A stretch of 64,000 nucleotides of DNA, taken from positions 282,782,001-282,846,000 of the forward strand of contig OZ024740.1 in NCBI GenBank assembly GCA_964016885.1, given 5' to 3'. The stretch is from Eledone cirrhosa. Its lineage: Eukaryota. A program made the position numbers and the translations under genes. Positions 15,343 to 30,200 of this stretch are shown in pieces. The notes below the pieces were generated by a model that had not been told where the DNA came from, searched no databases, and worked only from the letters and a program-made list of their open reading frames with translations. Numbering within the stretch: position 1 is the stretch's first letter; every line of letters starts with the position of its first letter.

Positions 15343-15890
15343 CGTTTCTGAATTTGTTTAGCAAGATTCTTTATCTGAAATCGTGTGTTGAAACCGATAC
15401 TGTTATACTTTGGGAGGGTCATGTTGCGAATAAGAAAAACACACACCAGTCGCTTTCACTTCAATTTATGATAATAAATTTATAAATTTAGGAATTTATA
15501 AATTTCTGGTTGGTTGGTTGGTTCCACAACCATGTAGTTGTTTATATATTGTCAAAGTTCTTTCGTCACACACTCTGTGACCTCTTCAGTGACTGGGGAT
15601 TCTTTTCTCTGTTTTTGTGCTTCTCCTTTGTTCTGTACTACGCCATTTTGTTTCTCTGTGTGTGTTGTGTGCTCAGTCTGCGCATGCGCCACATCCGGGT
15701 GTCTCTGTGTGTTTATATTCGTTTATTTATTTGTTTATTTATATGTTACCGGGTGGTTGTTTGTTCTATGTGCGTGTGTGTTTTCATTTTGTCCTTAATT
15801 GTAAGTTGTGATGTTGCTGTTCCACTCATATTTTCTATTTAATTTTGGTTGTAATTCTTTTATGTTTATTGCCTCTGTGATTTGTCTAAA
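15340..15890 (-). mobile_element. PLE 3' end (family C-prime), related to the pLTR of the 26.7-31.5 kb element
   Basis: Shares tgttatactttgggagggtcat with 26707 and 49600; hammerhead at 15551-15593. Confidence 0.7.
15551..15593 (-). ncRNA. Minimal type I hammerhead ribozyme
   Basis: gtca CTGAAGA g gtcaca gagtg tgtgac GAAA gaac TT tgac. Confidence 0.7.
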
Positions 15891-15899
15891 CATTGCGTC

Positions 15900-16881
15900 T
15901 TTTCTGAACTTAAACTACGTTAATTTTAACTCCAATCATCCCAGATCCGTTAAAAATACTATAGTAAATTCTGTACAGCAACGCATTTTTAGAATTTCAG
16001 CTAATAAGAATAGTTTTGATGATAAAGCACAATATTACAACGAAGCGTTAGGTAGAGCTGGATATAGTAATAAAATTAAATACATTGATAATAATAATAT
16101 AACAACTAACCATAATTTTAACAACTATAATAGAAAACCTTACAATAATTCGGAAAACAAAAAAAAGAAATAGAACTAGGAATATATTATAGTTCGCTCC
16201 TCCTTTCTCATTAAATATTAAAACTCCTATTGCTAAACTATTCTTTAAAGCTCTTGACAAATGCTTCCCTAGAACACATAGATATTACTCAATATTTAAT
16301 AGACATACTCTAAAATTAACGTATTCAACCACCAGTAATTTAGCGCAGAATATTAATAGAATTAATAATAGAAACTTAAAACCTAACCAGAATACCATTA
16401 ACAACCCCAGCAATATCCAATTTAATAATACGGCTCCTAGTAACTTGAATTTTGATAAATGTAACTGTAGAAATAATCTTCCTGTCCGTTAAATAACGAT
16501 TGTTTAGCTAAAAATATAGTATATAATTTTAATGTAAAAACTAATTTAAATTCATTTAATTATGTAGGTTCTACTTCCACAGACTTTAAATATCGCTTTA
16601 AGAACCATAAATGCTCTTTTACGAATATAAATAAAAAATCTTCAACTTCTCTATCTAGCTTACTATGGGACCTAAAATTAAAGAACATTAACTATTCTTT
16701 ACTTTGGAATATTATTTCCAAAGCTACTCCATTTAACGCCCCTTCGGAAAATTGTGCTCTTAGTATAGAGGAAAAATTATTTATATTAAAAGGCAAAAAT
16801 TATGTGAATTTAAGGAACAATCTTTTCAGTTGCTGCAAACATAGATTAAATTCAACGTTTAAGTATAAATTTAAAATGTAA
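15900..16881 (+). pseudogene. Decayed PLE RT thumb + GIY-YIG endonuclease
   Basis: YVNFNSNHPRSVK...RIFRIS; FAPPFSLNIKT...CFPRTHRYYSIFNRHTLKLTYS; CNCRNN..CPLNNDC; YVGST..FK.RF.NH; contains stops and frameshifts. Confidence 0.85.
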
Positions 16882-17355
16882 TATATAACTCATCTTATTA
16901 AACCTATCGATAAATCATTAGATTCCTTCATACGACAGCCAAAAACTCTCTTAAATGAAGAAAACATTTTTCATTAAAATTTTTCCTTGAAAATTCTTCT
17001 AGATAAACATACTGAAAGTTTAAAAAAAAATGGGTATAAAAAATTAAACATACTGAAAGTTTCTAGAAAAAAGTTTTTATTGTTAATTCCTCTGATGGAT
17101 ATATAAAAAATTATAATTCATATTTTATACTGTGTTTTTTCTATATATTGTTATATATATTTTAAAAATTATATTGCTTAAAAATTACATATTTTTAGAA
17201 TTATATCGCTTAAAAATTACATTGCTTAAAAATATAATTCCTTCTAAAATTATGTAATTATATCTTTAAAAATTGTAATTCCTTTTAAAATTATAATCCT
17301 TTTTAAATTATAACTCATATTTTATTTTATATTACGTATTTTGTATTTATATATA

Positions 17356-17932
<577 letters not shown>

Positions 17933-18552
17933 GTATATGTGTATATGTATGTGTGTATATGTATGTATATATATATATATATTTGTGTGTATATATGCGT
18001 ATGTATGCATGTATGTATGTCTGTGTATATGTGTGTGTATATATATCGAAATGTATAATTTGAATACATTCTATGAATGAACTCATATAAAAGGTTTTTT
18101 ACGGTTTATGCTTTAGATATATTCTTATGAAAAACTTTAAACATTAAGACGTTATAGTAAACACACTTATATTTTAACAGTCACAACTGTATAACAGGTG
18201 GATTTATAAAATATATAAAATTTATAAAATTATAACTTACTATAAAATAATATAAGGTTCTCTTATAATCTTAACTTTCTTTATCATCTTAACTTTTATA
18301 ACATTTAATCCTTAGAACTATCTAAATTACAGATAAATCAATACATTTTCCCTCATGCTGTATTGCTATTACTAAGAAGAGATATTTCTTCGGTAAAATC
18401 TCTGAACATTCCTATATTTTAAACATATATTTTGTTATTTCTTATAAGTTTTATTGTTAATTGAAAAATTAATAATTAATGGTTGATGATTAATAATAAA
18501 TTTATGTAAGGTTATGTAATAATAACATATATTTTAATAATATTTTTTGATA

Positions 18553-18601
<49 letters not shown>

Positions 18602-19079
18602 TGTGCGTATATATATATATTCTTTTAATAATATATATATCTCAATTTTTAATTCATAGATCTCAATAATTTGATCAAATTTAAACATTAGATAAAATTC
18701 TCCGGTTATTACTATTTATTCATTTATTTATTTATCCACGCTTTATTTATTTACTCCGCGTAATTCATCCACTATATATTTATCTTTTCGCTTCATCATC
18801 TCATAAAATTACGTTAATACAACACTCTCTCACTTAGGGTTTTCTCTCTTTCTCTTTCTTTTGTTTTTCTTTCGTTCTTTCTTTTTCTTTTTCTTGTTTC
18901 CCTATTTCAACGCCTTAATTTAAATGTATGGGATTTAAACTTATCCGACACTAATTTGCATAATAGACCAATAATAAAAATTAAAATTTGTAACCCCACT
19001 ATCCGGGAGCTTCCAACCGACATGTTCGCATTCTTTTAGGGTATGTCAATATTTGTTTGTAAAACTGATCTATATTATA

Positions 19080-19140
19080 TTTTATCTGATGAAAGCGCAC
19101 CATAATTTGCTTTGGTGTCCTTGAAATATGTATAATGAAA
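19080..19140 (+). ncRNA. Type I hammerhead ribozyme (family E)
   Basis: ttttat CTGATGA aag.gcacca...tggtgt.ctt GAAA tatgta TA atgaaa. Confidence 0.8.
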
Positions 19141-19180
19141 TAAATATGGTTTTATAAATATAGTTTCCATTTGTTAATAT

Positions 19181-19215
<35 letters not shown>

Positions 19216-19221
19216 TCAAAA

Positions 19222-20846
19222 TCTCTCTATATATATATATATATAAATAAAGCTGAGGATGTCTGTCTGTGTGTGTGTGAGTTCGAATCCCTAAAACTTG
19301 AGAACCACCAAACCGACTGTTTTCAAACTTTACACATGTAATACTTATGTTTCAGGGAGTGTTGTGGGCAAATAGAAATTTAAATTTTCAATGCCCTAGG
19401 GACTGCATTAGGTGATTTAGCGATCTAGCTCTATAACTCTTAGTCTTTCTATTTTCAGATACATACATATAACGTCGCGCCCTTATAATATCTGTCTGTA
19501 TGTCTAGCTGTCTGCTGCCTCCGGTTATTCAGCCACCCTTGCTCAAGACAAATCTCACACTCATTCCCCAAACAGTTTGTAAGTGCACACAACTTCTTCC
19601 TCACGTTTTAAGCCACAGTGTTGCTTAGTTACATACCACCAGACCCTTACTTCTTTGCTAGCCGTGGTTGTAGCAATACTAAGTTAGCTAAGGCTGTTAT
19701 ATATTTCACACAACACTAAAATTGAAAGCCGATAACTATGTATAAGTCAGTCTCTTCTTCATTCCATGAGCAAAGAAAATCTAACTTTAGTGGAGCGATT
19801 GGAATAAAGTCGACCCTGCTGCGTTTCAAAAATCAGGTTTGCAGGTTATATATTTCATACAACTCTAGAAATTAAAGCCGGTAAAGAAAATCATCGCTGT
19901 AATAGCTTCAGTTTGCTTACTTACGTGCCTTTACGAGAACAAAAGTAAATTATTTTACCGCTTAGTATTGTAGAGAAGCACCAAACCGACTGTTTTCAAA
20001 CTTTCCACATGTAATACTTATGTTTCAAGAAGTGTTGTGAGCAAAAATATATTCAAATTTTCAATGCCCTAGGGACTGTATTAGGCGATTTAGCGATCTC
20101 GCTCTATAATTCTTAGTCTTTCTCTTTTTAGATACATACATACATATAACGTCGCGCCTTTTTAATACCTCTCTGTATGTCTGGCTGTCTGCATTACGTC
20201 ACTTCCCTGAGGATGTATTGTGTGTGTGTGTGTGTGTCTGTGAGTTTGAATCCCTAAAACTCGAGAAGTACCCAACCGATTTTTTTTCAAACTTTACTTG
20301 TGTATGTTTCAGAGAGTGTTATGCACATAAAATATTCAACTTTTTTTTATCTCCTAGGGCCCGCATTAGGTGAAAAACTACGTTTTTAAAGATTTTTAGG
20401 GTTTTTTTGAGGCGTTACGTCAGACCGATTTCCTTGAAATTGTAACTATGTATTAGTCAGTCACTTCTTCATACCGTAAGCAAAGAAAATCCAACTTTCT
20501 TATGGCCTAGGTGACAAACTTCATTTTTTCAGCTTCTTAGGGCTTTTTGGAGGCGATTTTCTAGCCGATTTTCTAGGCGATTTTCTAGCCGATTTTCCCG
20601 AAATTTCAAGGCATATTTTGCACATAAAAACAATTAATTTTCTTGATCCCCTAGGGCCTGCATTAGGTGAAAACCTGCATTTTTCCTGCTTCATCGAGGA
20701 AAATCTTAAAGATTATCCAGCCATCAGAGTATTCGGTTTATTTTCTTTACATATTGTCCAGGCATGCAGTTTTTCCACGATTAGGTCTGTTGGCAGCCCG
20801 CGTTCCAAAATACCTTATCCCGTGCAACGCCGGGTACCACTGCTAG
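19222..20846 (+). mobile_element. Non-autonomous Helitron-like element with internal duplications
   Basis: A|TC start, TA/GT microsatellite near the 5' end, 3' cccgtgcaacgccggg hairpin then CTAG|T. 19307-19515 is repeated at 19980-20190. Confidence 0.78.
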
Positions 20847-21633
20847 TAGCTAATAAATGAAACAAAACAAAATAGACACATGAATGCAAAAATACACAGT
20901 TAGATGAATTGGAGGAGATTTCAACGTTTTCACCAGGAATATATATTGTGACAGAGAATTCAGTAGAATACGCTGTATGACTGTTGGAAGGAATGATATA
21001 CTTGGTCACAGTGCAAGAAGAGACGAAATCAATGTTTTTATACACAAAGGTCGTTATTTAGTTGTGGTTGAATCATTGGTTCATTTTACTAGAATTATCG
21101 GTAAGGAAAGAAAAGGTAATCAACATGTTTCAGTGTTATTCTATACCAACTTATATATGCTGCGTTTTTTTTAAAAATTAATCCACAGCAATTTTGACGA
21201 GGATCCCCAAACATTCTATCAACTGTAAACCAGGCTCATTACATTTATTTGCAAGTGACTGATTAGTCCTCAATTCCATGAACCCTGCTCAAGAAGAATC
21301 AATATGACTCTATATGTGACAAGACTGAACTGTTTAATTACAGGCGCACACCAACCATCGGGCTTCCACACAACTTTTACCAATTTTAACCCAGAAAGGT
21401 TAGTACGTTACAATTGCGAAGTAAAGTTCTTAACCACTTAGTGTAGTGATTAAATGAATGAAGCAATATTTATTGAGCTGTATTCAAAGGTTAGTTAGAA
21501 TGCTCAGGTAATATAATGTAGTGATCCATTTGTTTTCCGCAAGGAGAATATGTAGAATTATTTAGGTTAATTTGAACAATAATCTGTACTAATATAATTT
21601 TAAACATAGTAATTTAACTTTTGATGGAGCCTT

Positions 21634-21664
<31 letters not shown>

Positions 21665-23268
21665 GCTGTTTTAAATTACTTTAGGTTACACTTACTACGA
21701 ACGAATTTGGATATTAATTCAGATAAGAGATATAAACCTTCAATGCCTACTACCTCATTTGGATCCTTTCCCCAGTGCTAATGTTAAATGGTAATTTGGA
21801 TTTTCTTTTATTCGAATGACATGGTCAAATCGGATTAATTTCAGTTTCCAAATGTTGCTTAGTAACTTACTAAATTTAAAAGCATTCAACAGCAATTATT
21901 CTGAGATGGAAGCGGAATGATAGTTTATGTCAAATTGATGGAAAAGGCAATACGCTTTTATAGGGATATACGTTTTTATAGGGATAAAAAAAAATCATGT
22001 TATAACGGCTGGGTATAGACATTTAGGTGAGTCTCTATCTAGAAAATATATGTTCTAATGATTCCAATGCCAGTTTTATTTGAGTATTTAAAAGTGAAAT
22101 ACGGTTGTCTGGGTGTAATTGGTTCCTTTCTACCCGCATTTCTTAGATCAATAGCTATTTCCAGGTTGTGAGTATTGATATCGTTCGAAGATTTCCATTT
22201 TGTTTTTCTGTGCATATATTTGTTAGGAAGCCATAAATAGTAATATGCAATAACATCCTAGAACTATCGATATTCTGATCACAGTAAAGTCAGAGACATA
22301 TACTTTTATGTATTGGATCTGATTGGAAATAAAAAAAAGATAAGGTCCAAAACTAAATATTAGGAATTAGAATGTTGATAGCTTATGAAAAAAATACCTT
22401 GCATTATTTGTTCCTACCCTCTGCGTTCTAAATTCAAATCCCACCGAAGTCAACTTTGCCTTTCACTATTTTGGGGTGGATAAATAAAGTACCAACCCAT
22501 AGTGGTGGGTAGATGGAATTATTAGTGTATTTTACAGGATACCTTATGATAGCTATTCCGGCTCTGTCATTCCGAGTTCCAATACTGCCTCATATTACTA
22601 GAAAAAATGGTGAAATGAAAGAATAGGTGCAAGCAAAATACCTCATAAGGGATGCAAACATACACAGCTGTGAGCTCTAACGACGACGATGAGGACAACA
22701 ACAACATCAACAACTATGACAACAACAACAGCAGCAGCTTTGTACAGATCCTGATTGCCAATCCACATTTGTTGCTATGTATATATGAACAAACAGTAAC
22801 ATAAACAACACCTTCATCAATATAAGCTGGAGGACATTAGCAGGCATATCGTATAATTACAGATGTTTGCAAAAAGTAAAAAAATAAAACACATTGCCAG
22901 ATGTGTCTGCTGGTCATTAAGTACATTATTTGCGTTAGCAAAATATAGGCCATATTCGTTGCTTTCTTCACTGTTCGTCTTTAAATCTTTGGTAAGCAAA
23001 TACCACCTTAAAATGACACATGCTAAGAGACTGATAAGACCGTAGGTTTTATTTGATAAGTCGTAAAATTCGACAAGTTTAGCCATTCAGTATAAACACA
23101 CATTATAAACATATATGCAGAGAATATAAAGAAACAAAGGTTAACAAACATACAAACACACACTCACATAAATGTATATATAATATATATATATATATGT
23201 GTGTGAATTGTGCGCAAGTGCGCGATTATACACAGACAGACACACAGACAGACACACACACACACACG

Positions 23269-23410
<142 letters not shown>

Positions 23411-23467
23411 GCGAGAGAGAATAGAATTATACACATATATATACATATATATAAATACATATATAAA

Positions 23468-23498
<31 letters not shown>

Positions 23499-23509
23499 GA
23501 ATATATATA

Positions 23510-23595
<86 letters not shown>

Positions 23596-23873
23596 CACAT
23601 GCACCCATTGTATATTATATTTACGATATTTATATATTCGTATTGGTAACAACGACACGTTGTAGGCTTTTAAAGTATCACGAGCACACAAACTCTCATA
23701 CAACCAGATACAAATAAGCATTGACATACACAAATGCTCTCATACATATCTATGTACACGTGAATATAAATGTACCTTTTATTGTATTTAATGAATTCCA
23801 GGTCAATAGGGCATCCGACATACTTAAACATTATACACACACATACACATACACATATAATATATGTGTGTGT

Positions 23874-23927
<54 letters not shown>

Positions 23928-23960
23928 GCTATATATATAGAGAGAGAGAGAGACAGAGAG

Positions 23961-24961
23961 AGAATAAGAAAAAGCAAAGTAGTTTCAGATGTTAAAGTTC
24001 TTAAATGATAATTCTGTGATACATATTTCAATAACGACAGTGGCCACACGGTTCGGTGCGCCCAGTACCGTGACATCATCAGACAGCTTGTTACATAATA
24101 AGGTTATGTTTCCGAGGCAATCCAAATTGAATCGACATGGGAACGGACAAAGCGTGTGCTCTTGAGTTCTTTGCCCGTTCCCTTGTGAATCCCAATTCAA
24201 CCCCACCGGTCTGCGCAGGCGCAAGTCCGAAGGAAGTTGACCGTCAACTACCGCAGATTTCTACGAAACTCGCCTAGGCAGGTCCCCCTCTCAACTAAAG
24301 AATGACCCCATCCAGGCCTTTAATATGACACGGTTATAGTTTACTGCTAGCCACCCTGTTAGTGGCAGCTGGCCGAAAGCTAGTGGGGGTGGGAGAGTAT
24401 AAGTATCAATAGGTCTCAATACTACCCTAAATTAAGCATGGACAGTAGAATTGACCATCAACCACTAAGAGAATATATACTTATTTCTAGGTATTATGGT
24501 TTCACAGTGGAAATTATGAATGAGAGTTGGAAATTAACACTAAAAATTAAAAATCAAAAATCAAAAATTAAAAAAAATTTCAAGTTAGAATCTAGATTGA
24601 AGTAAGTACAAACATATATGTACATTGCGCCTGCGCAGACTGGTGGTGGTGAATTGGGACTCACAAGGGAACGGGCGAAGAACTCAATAGCACACGCTTT
24701 GTCCGTTCCTATGTCCATTCAATTTGGATTGCCTCGGAAACATAACCTTATTATGTAACAAGCAGTCTGATGATGTCACAGTACTGGGCGCACCGAACCG
24801 TGTGGCCACTGTTGTCATTGAAATATGTATCACAGAATTATTATTAAAGGACTTTAACAACTGAAACTACTTCGCTTTCTTATTCGATATATATTCCGTC
24901 ACTCCTATGTGGAAAAAGTACGTTGAGTGTTTGAATTGAATTGCATCAATGTTTACCTTAA

Positions 24962-24962
<1 letters not shown>
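23961..24962. mobile_element. Fold-back PLE end, family F (arms 23961-24224 and 24625-24886, tail on the right)
   Basis: ~260-bp inverted arms, each with a hammerhead. Confidence 0.8.
24014..24086 (-). ncRNA. Type I hammerhead ribozyme (family F; second copy at 24763-24835, plus strand)
   Basis: ctgt CTGATGA [long stem II] GAAA tatgta TC acag. Confidence 0.8.
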
Positions 24963-25029
<67 letters not shown>

Positions 25030-25167
25030 GTATATATAAATACGTAATAATAATACTATTTATAGTTATGTATATAGTATATACAACTATAAACAGGAAG
25101 GTCGGTAATTTCTTAACATGACTCCAAACGAGAGTTTGGAAGAAACGATTGTCAGCCATTAAATGAT

Positions 25168-25347
25168 ATTGGCAGTATCGGTAGAGGGTCGGACGCCATG
25201 CTTTCCAGCATAGTTACGTCCCTTTACGATCTGAGTTCAAATCCCGCCGAGGTTGACTTTGCCTTTCATCCTTACGGGGTCGATAAAATAAAGTACCAGT
25301 AATGCACTGGGTAATTGCTGGCCTTGCGCCTAAAGTAGAAACAATTA
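25168..25347 (+). mobile_element. SINE family 1, near full length
   Basis: A box TGGCAGTATCGG, B box, attaaatgat duplicated at both flanks. Confidence 0.9.
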
Positions 25348-25437
25348 AATGATTTGAACACAACTTTGATAATTGTATAATTTATTTAGTATACATATAC
25401 GTATATATATATGTATATATTATATATGTATATATAT

Positions 25438-25533
<96 letters not shown>

Positions 25534-25535
<2 letters not shown>

Positions 25536-26663
25536 AAAAGAAATCAAAGAACGCCTACATACTCATACGATTGTTATTCGCAGACAATGTTTCATCCATA
25601 CCGTGGGGTAGGAATCATCAGAGCTTTATAAACAAAAATATAGTGCTCAGTATAAACTCTACCACGCTTAGTCACACGAACATTAGATATAGAGTACAGG
25701 TTAATAAGAGGGAGATTGGAAATGAAAAGGATGGATAGAATGCGTAATGGGGTTGTTATTCAACATTACGGCTACATATGAGGATATAGGCATATTTTCT
25801 CACAAGAGACGGAGCCACGTGAGGGCACACAGAAACAAATAAAGCATTTAAAGATAGTTAAAAAAATATTATAATAATAAAGTAAAAGAAAAATAATAAT
25901 ATAAAAAGATAAATAAATAATTAAAAAATTAAAGTACACAAAAGTAACAGAGGAAGTTATGCATTAGTCACTATATAGAACAGGTGATTTAGTTTCCCTT
26001 GACTTAGAGTTATAGAAATACTACGAGACCCCTAAAGTACCTTCAGAAAGTCCAAAGAGGATTTTATTCCTCCTCATAGTATACATAATCAGGGTATACC
26101 AGTAGGTTACGGAACTACGTGGACCAGGGGTTCTAAACCTGCACATAGACAAGCACCATATCAATACAAGCCAAACACAGACAAAGCGGGGTTAATGCAT
26201 GATCAAGCTGAAGCAAATAATACACAACAAATATGGTTTAGTCCCTGTATAAGGCACATCTGGCGAGGAGTCACAACATATGTATATCCACCGTAGATGT
26301 TAATCCAATCGGTTTCATATGCCCCGATTGGCGAGGAGTTATAATGTAAGTAGATCGTCCGTAGATGGTAATCCAGTCTAGAAGTTACAACATATGTAAA
26401 TCGTCCGCAAAATGTAATCCAGTAGCATTCATATGCTCACCAAAATATATCAGCACTATATTTTTGTTTATAAAGCTCTGATGATACCTGACCCACGGTA
26501 TGGATGAAACATTGTCAGCGAATAAAAATCGTATAAGTATGTAGGCGTTCTTTGATTTCTTTTACATATAACGGCTCTGTTCTTGTACATCGAGCTAATA
26601 CAATACTGTCACAAATACGACACGGTGCAGATGCGTTTATGCACATACGCTGCGTTGTGTACT

Positions 26664-26669
<6 letters not shown>
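25534..26669. mobile_element. Fold-back PLE end, family G (arms 25534-25647 and 26452-26566, tail on the right, internal ~60-bp tandem repeats at 26260-26435)
   Basis: Inverted arms, hammerhead, (TA)n flanks. Confidence 0.78.
26475..26519 (+). ncRNA. Type I hammerhead ribozyme (family G)
   Basis: gct CTGATGA tacctgacccacggtatggat GAAA cattg TC agc. Confidence 0.7.
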
Positions 26670-26710
<41 letters not shown>

Positions 26711-27235
26711 ATATTTGGGGAGGGTCATATTTGCGTAATATTGCCAGAATTAATAACAGAACACACTCACTGTTTGGTTGGTTTTCGCTTCTCGCTGTCT
26801 TTTATATATATATATCTGCGATCTAACTTACTCGGTCCTCAATGTTGCCATTGACTGACCGGCGGTCAAAAATAATACAGATACAATATAGACAAACACA
26901 TATATATATAGTTTACATAATTTACATAAATCTTTCGTTGCACATCTGCAACATCGTCAGTGGTGTTATATTCATTGTTCCTCCTGTTGTGTTGTATGTC
27001 TACGCCATATTTTTTTTTGTTCAGTCTGTCTATATATTTATTTATTTATTTGCTTGTTTGTTTATCTTATTTTATTTTGTCTTCTTTGCGCATGCGTTTG
27101 CGTGTGTGTATAGTGTTATGTGTGATGTGTGACTAGTGTGTATAGTGTTGTGTCTGCTGGGTGACTAGTGTGTGTTTATGTGCTTGTGTATGTATTTATT
27201 TATCTTATTTTATTTTATTTAATTTACTTATTTAT

Positions 27236-30200
27236 TTATACTTCTCTTAGGTCAGTGTTGTTTGTTTGGGTGTTGTTGTTGTTCCACTCATTCTTTCTGT
27301 TTAGCTTTGGTCTTCTAATTTCTATTTCACTGGCCTCTCTGATTTGCCTATCTGCTGGGTCATTCCTATGTTTAGATATTATTCTAATTTCTATGTTGTC
27401 TATGTTACCGTCATGTTGTTGTCTAGCATGTTCGTATAGTACTGACCCGTTTTTTCGTCCTTTTAGTTCCCCCCAGTGTTGGTCTATCCTTTCACCTATG
27501 CTACGAGCTGTCTCACCTATGTATGTTGTTGTCGTGTTTCTGCAAGTACCCTCTGTACATCTTATGCTATAGACTACGTTTCTAGTTTTACAGTTTATCC
27601 GGGGGTTCACCTTACATATGATACATTTCCTATTGGTACAGTGGGTTTTCTTAAAAGGGTAGGTTTTGCTGATCAGGGATTTTATGGTGGTTCCTGGCTT
27701 TTCTACCACCTTTATTTTTAAGTGGGTCTTTCTCAGGGCCTTTCTACACTGGTTAGCTAATTTCCCTCCAGGGGTGGCGTCCACAAACATGACACTCTGA
27801 TATCTCTGGTTGTCGTACCATGACGTGGCCTTCCCTATCTTATGTCTAGCCCTATCTAAGCTATTCCATGATTTGCTCCTGTATAGTGGGCAAATTCCTT
27901 TCATGTCCAGTTCTATGAGGGTCTTATACTTTTCCATGGCTCCTTCGTATACTCTGACTCTGTCTCTTTGGTTGTAGCCAGAGAACTGCATGCGGTTGAT
28001 GAAGTGTTGGATGTGTCCTTCCATTTCTGTTGGGTCGCACATGCTGGACACATTCTTCATCACTCGTACCAAATCTGCGATCAGAATATTAAACTTAGCA
28101 CTACTGGACATTGCTGAGTTTTTGAGTATCAGGTATTTGGAGGCCATGGGTTTAGCATAGTGTGAGTGGAGAATTTGGGCTCTCTCGTCTATAGTGTTAA
28201 TCCAGAGTTCTGTGTCTAATACAGGTAGTCTATTGTTAGGGTGTTTGGAAGGGAAGTCTATAGTTACAGTTATACTCTGGTGTATGGAATTAGCTATCTG
28301 CTGGATGCTTTCCATCGTGCTACGTTCTAAATCAAACTTGTTAGTGCTCTCTAGTGGGGGTGTTCTTATAACTATATTGATATCGTCTACATAACGAGAG
28401 TACATGATGAGGTCTATGGAGCTTTCATTAAGGAGATCTTTAAGTCTCCTTTCCCACCATACCATGAACAGTTTGGCAACATCACCAGCTATGCTGACGC
28501 CGATGGCTGCTCCCTCATTTTGGGTGTAGATTTTCTCATTGAACTTAAATATGTGGCCCTTTAGGGTAGTTTTGATACTAGCCCCTATTGCATGTGCGAC
28601 CATTTTTCTTACCTGATCAGTGTTTTGGGGGGTCCGTATAGCTTTGGTCCACCCAATCCACCTTCCTATGGGAGTCTTTTTAGCCATTGAGGTTATGGTG
28701 GGGGGTCTACCTCTTATATGTCTACTAGGGCAGAAACATCTAAGGTCATGGCTGTCTAGGTAGTCAGTGTCGTAGGTAAGTCTAAGTAGGAGGCCCAGTT
28801 CGTCTGTGTCGACGTCGCAGAACTCCACCTCACTCTCAATGATCATCTCCACACATCTTTTCACAGCAAAATCAATGTTAATGGATGGGTACAGTGACAC
28901 CACATCCATGCTGCCTATTATGCAGTTGGATAGGCTCCTGTTTTTGTTGCACTCACTGATTCTGCTGAGGAGGTCCTCTGTACTTTCACATACATCTGGG
29001 GACATCTTGATTATGGGGCGTATAACCATTGAGAGGAAGTAGGAGATCCTGTAGTTGCTAGCTATATTAGCTCCGCATACGGGTCTTGTTGGTGGTCCTG
29101 TTGTCGGGTCGTCGACTGTCTTGTGGTCTTTGCGGAGCCCATACAAGGGTGGTATGCCATTGTTAAACGCCTGGAAGTTGTTGGCAGTGCGTCTGCTTGG
29201 CTTTAGGATGTCAGTCCACATCATCATGTGAGCGTTGAGGATGTTTTCTCTCCCATCGTGTGTTAGTTGTGCAACTTCGCTCGTGTTGGTGATGTGGGGT
29301 TGCATTGCCTCGATGTAGTTCGGCATGCTATCTATTGACATCCTACCAGACTTATCTGTGGGTAGACACACTACCTCACCATCCCTTGTGCGCTGCTTGA
29401 GGCTAACCAAGCCTTCTACAGGTTTTATCCCAAGTTGTTGGGCCTCTGGTCTGCTCTGTCTCATAGTGTACCTGTCTACTACTTGTCTAATCTTATTTCT
29501 AGCTATGGTGAACTGTGCCTCCGTCTCGTCATCTATTTGCTGTGGTATGCAAACTCTTTTATTAAAGGGTAACCTCGTAGGATAGATATTACCCATCTTA
29601 TATGTTTTGTCAGCTGGGTTGAAAAATAGTTTCTCTAAGGGGTTGTCGTTATTTCTATCGTCATAGTTGTGTGTGTTGCTATTATTGTTATCATGGTGGT
29701 TGTTGTTGTTTCTATCGTTAGCATTAATATTATTATTGTTATGATTGCTAGATGTATTGTTGTTTACTTCACCGTTATTGTTGTTGTTGTTACTGCTATT
29801 TCTACCATTGTGGTTGTTACTATTATTATGTTTCTTGTTTTTGTTGATGTTGCTACATGTACTATTTCCATTATTACCACTGTGGTTATTGTTGTTGTTG
29901 TTGTTCGTATTGTTACCGTTATTACTACTGTGGTCACTGTTGCTGTGTCTGTGGTTAACGTTTCTATTATTATTATTATTGTGGTTGTTGTTGTTCTGTC
30001 TATCGCTAGTATTATTACCATTATCACTATTTCTCACTTTCCTGCCATTGTTATGGTTATGGCTGTTATTTCTATACCCAGAGTTATTGTTTATATTACT
30101 ACTACCGTTATTATTGTTGTTGTTGTTGTTTACCTTTGCATTCCAACGTGTTTTTGTGAAACACTTTTCCAGCTCCGTTTTGCATTCCATAGGGTTAATC

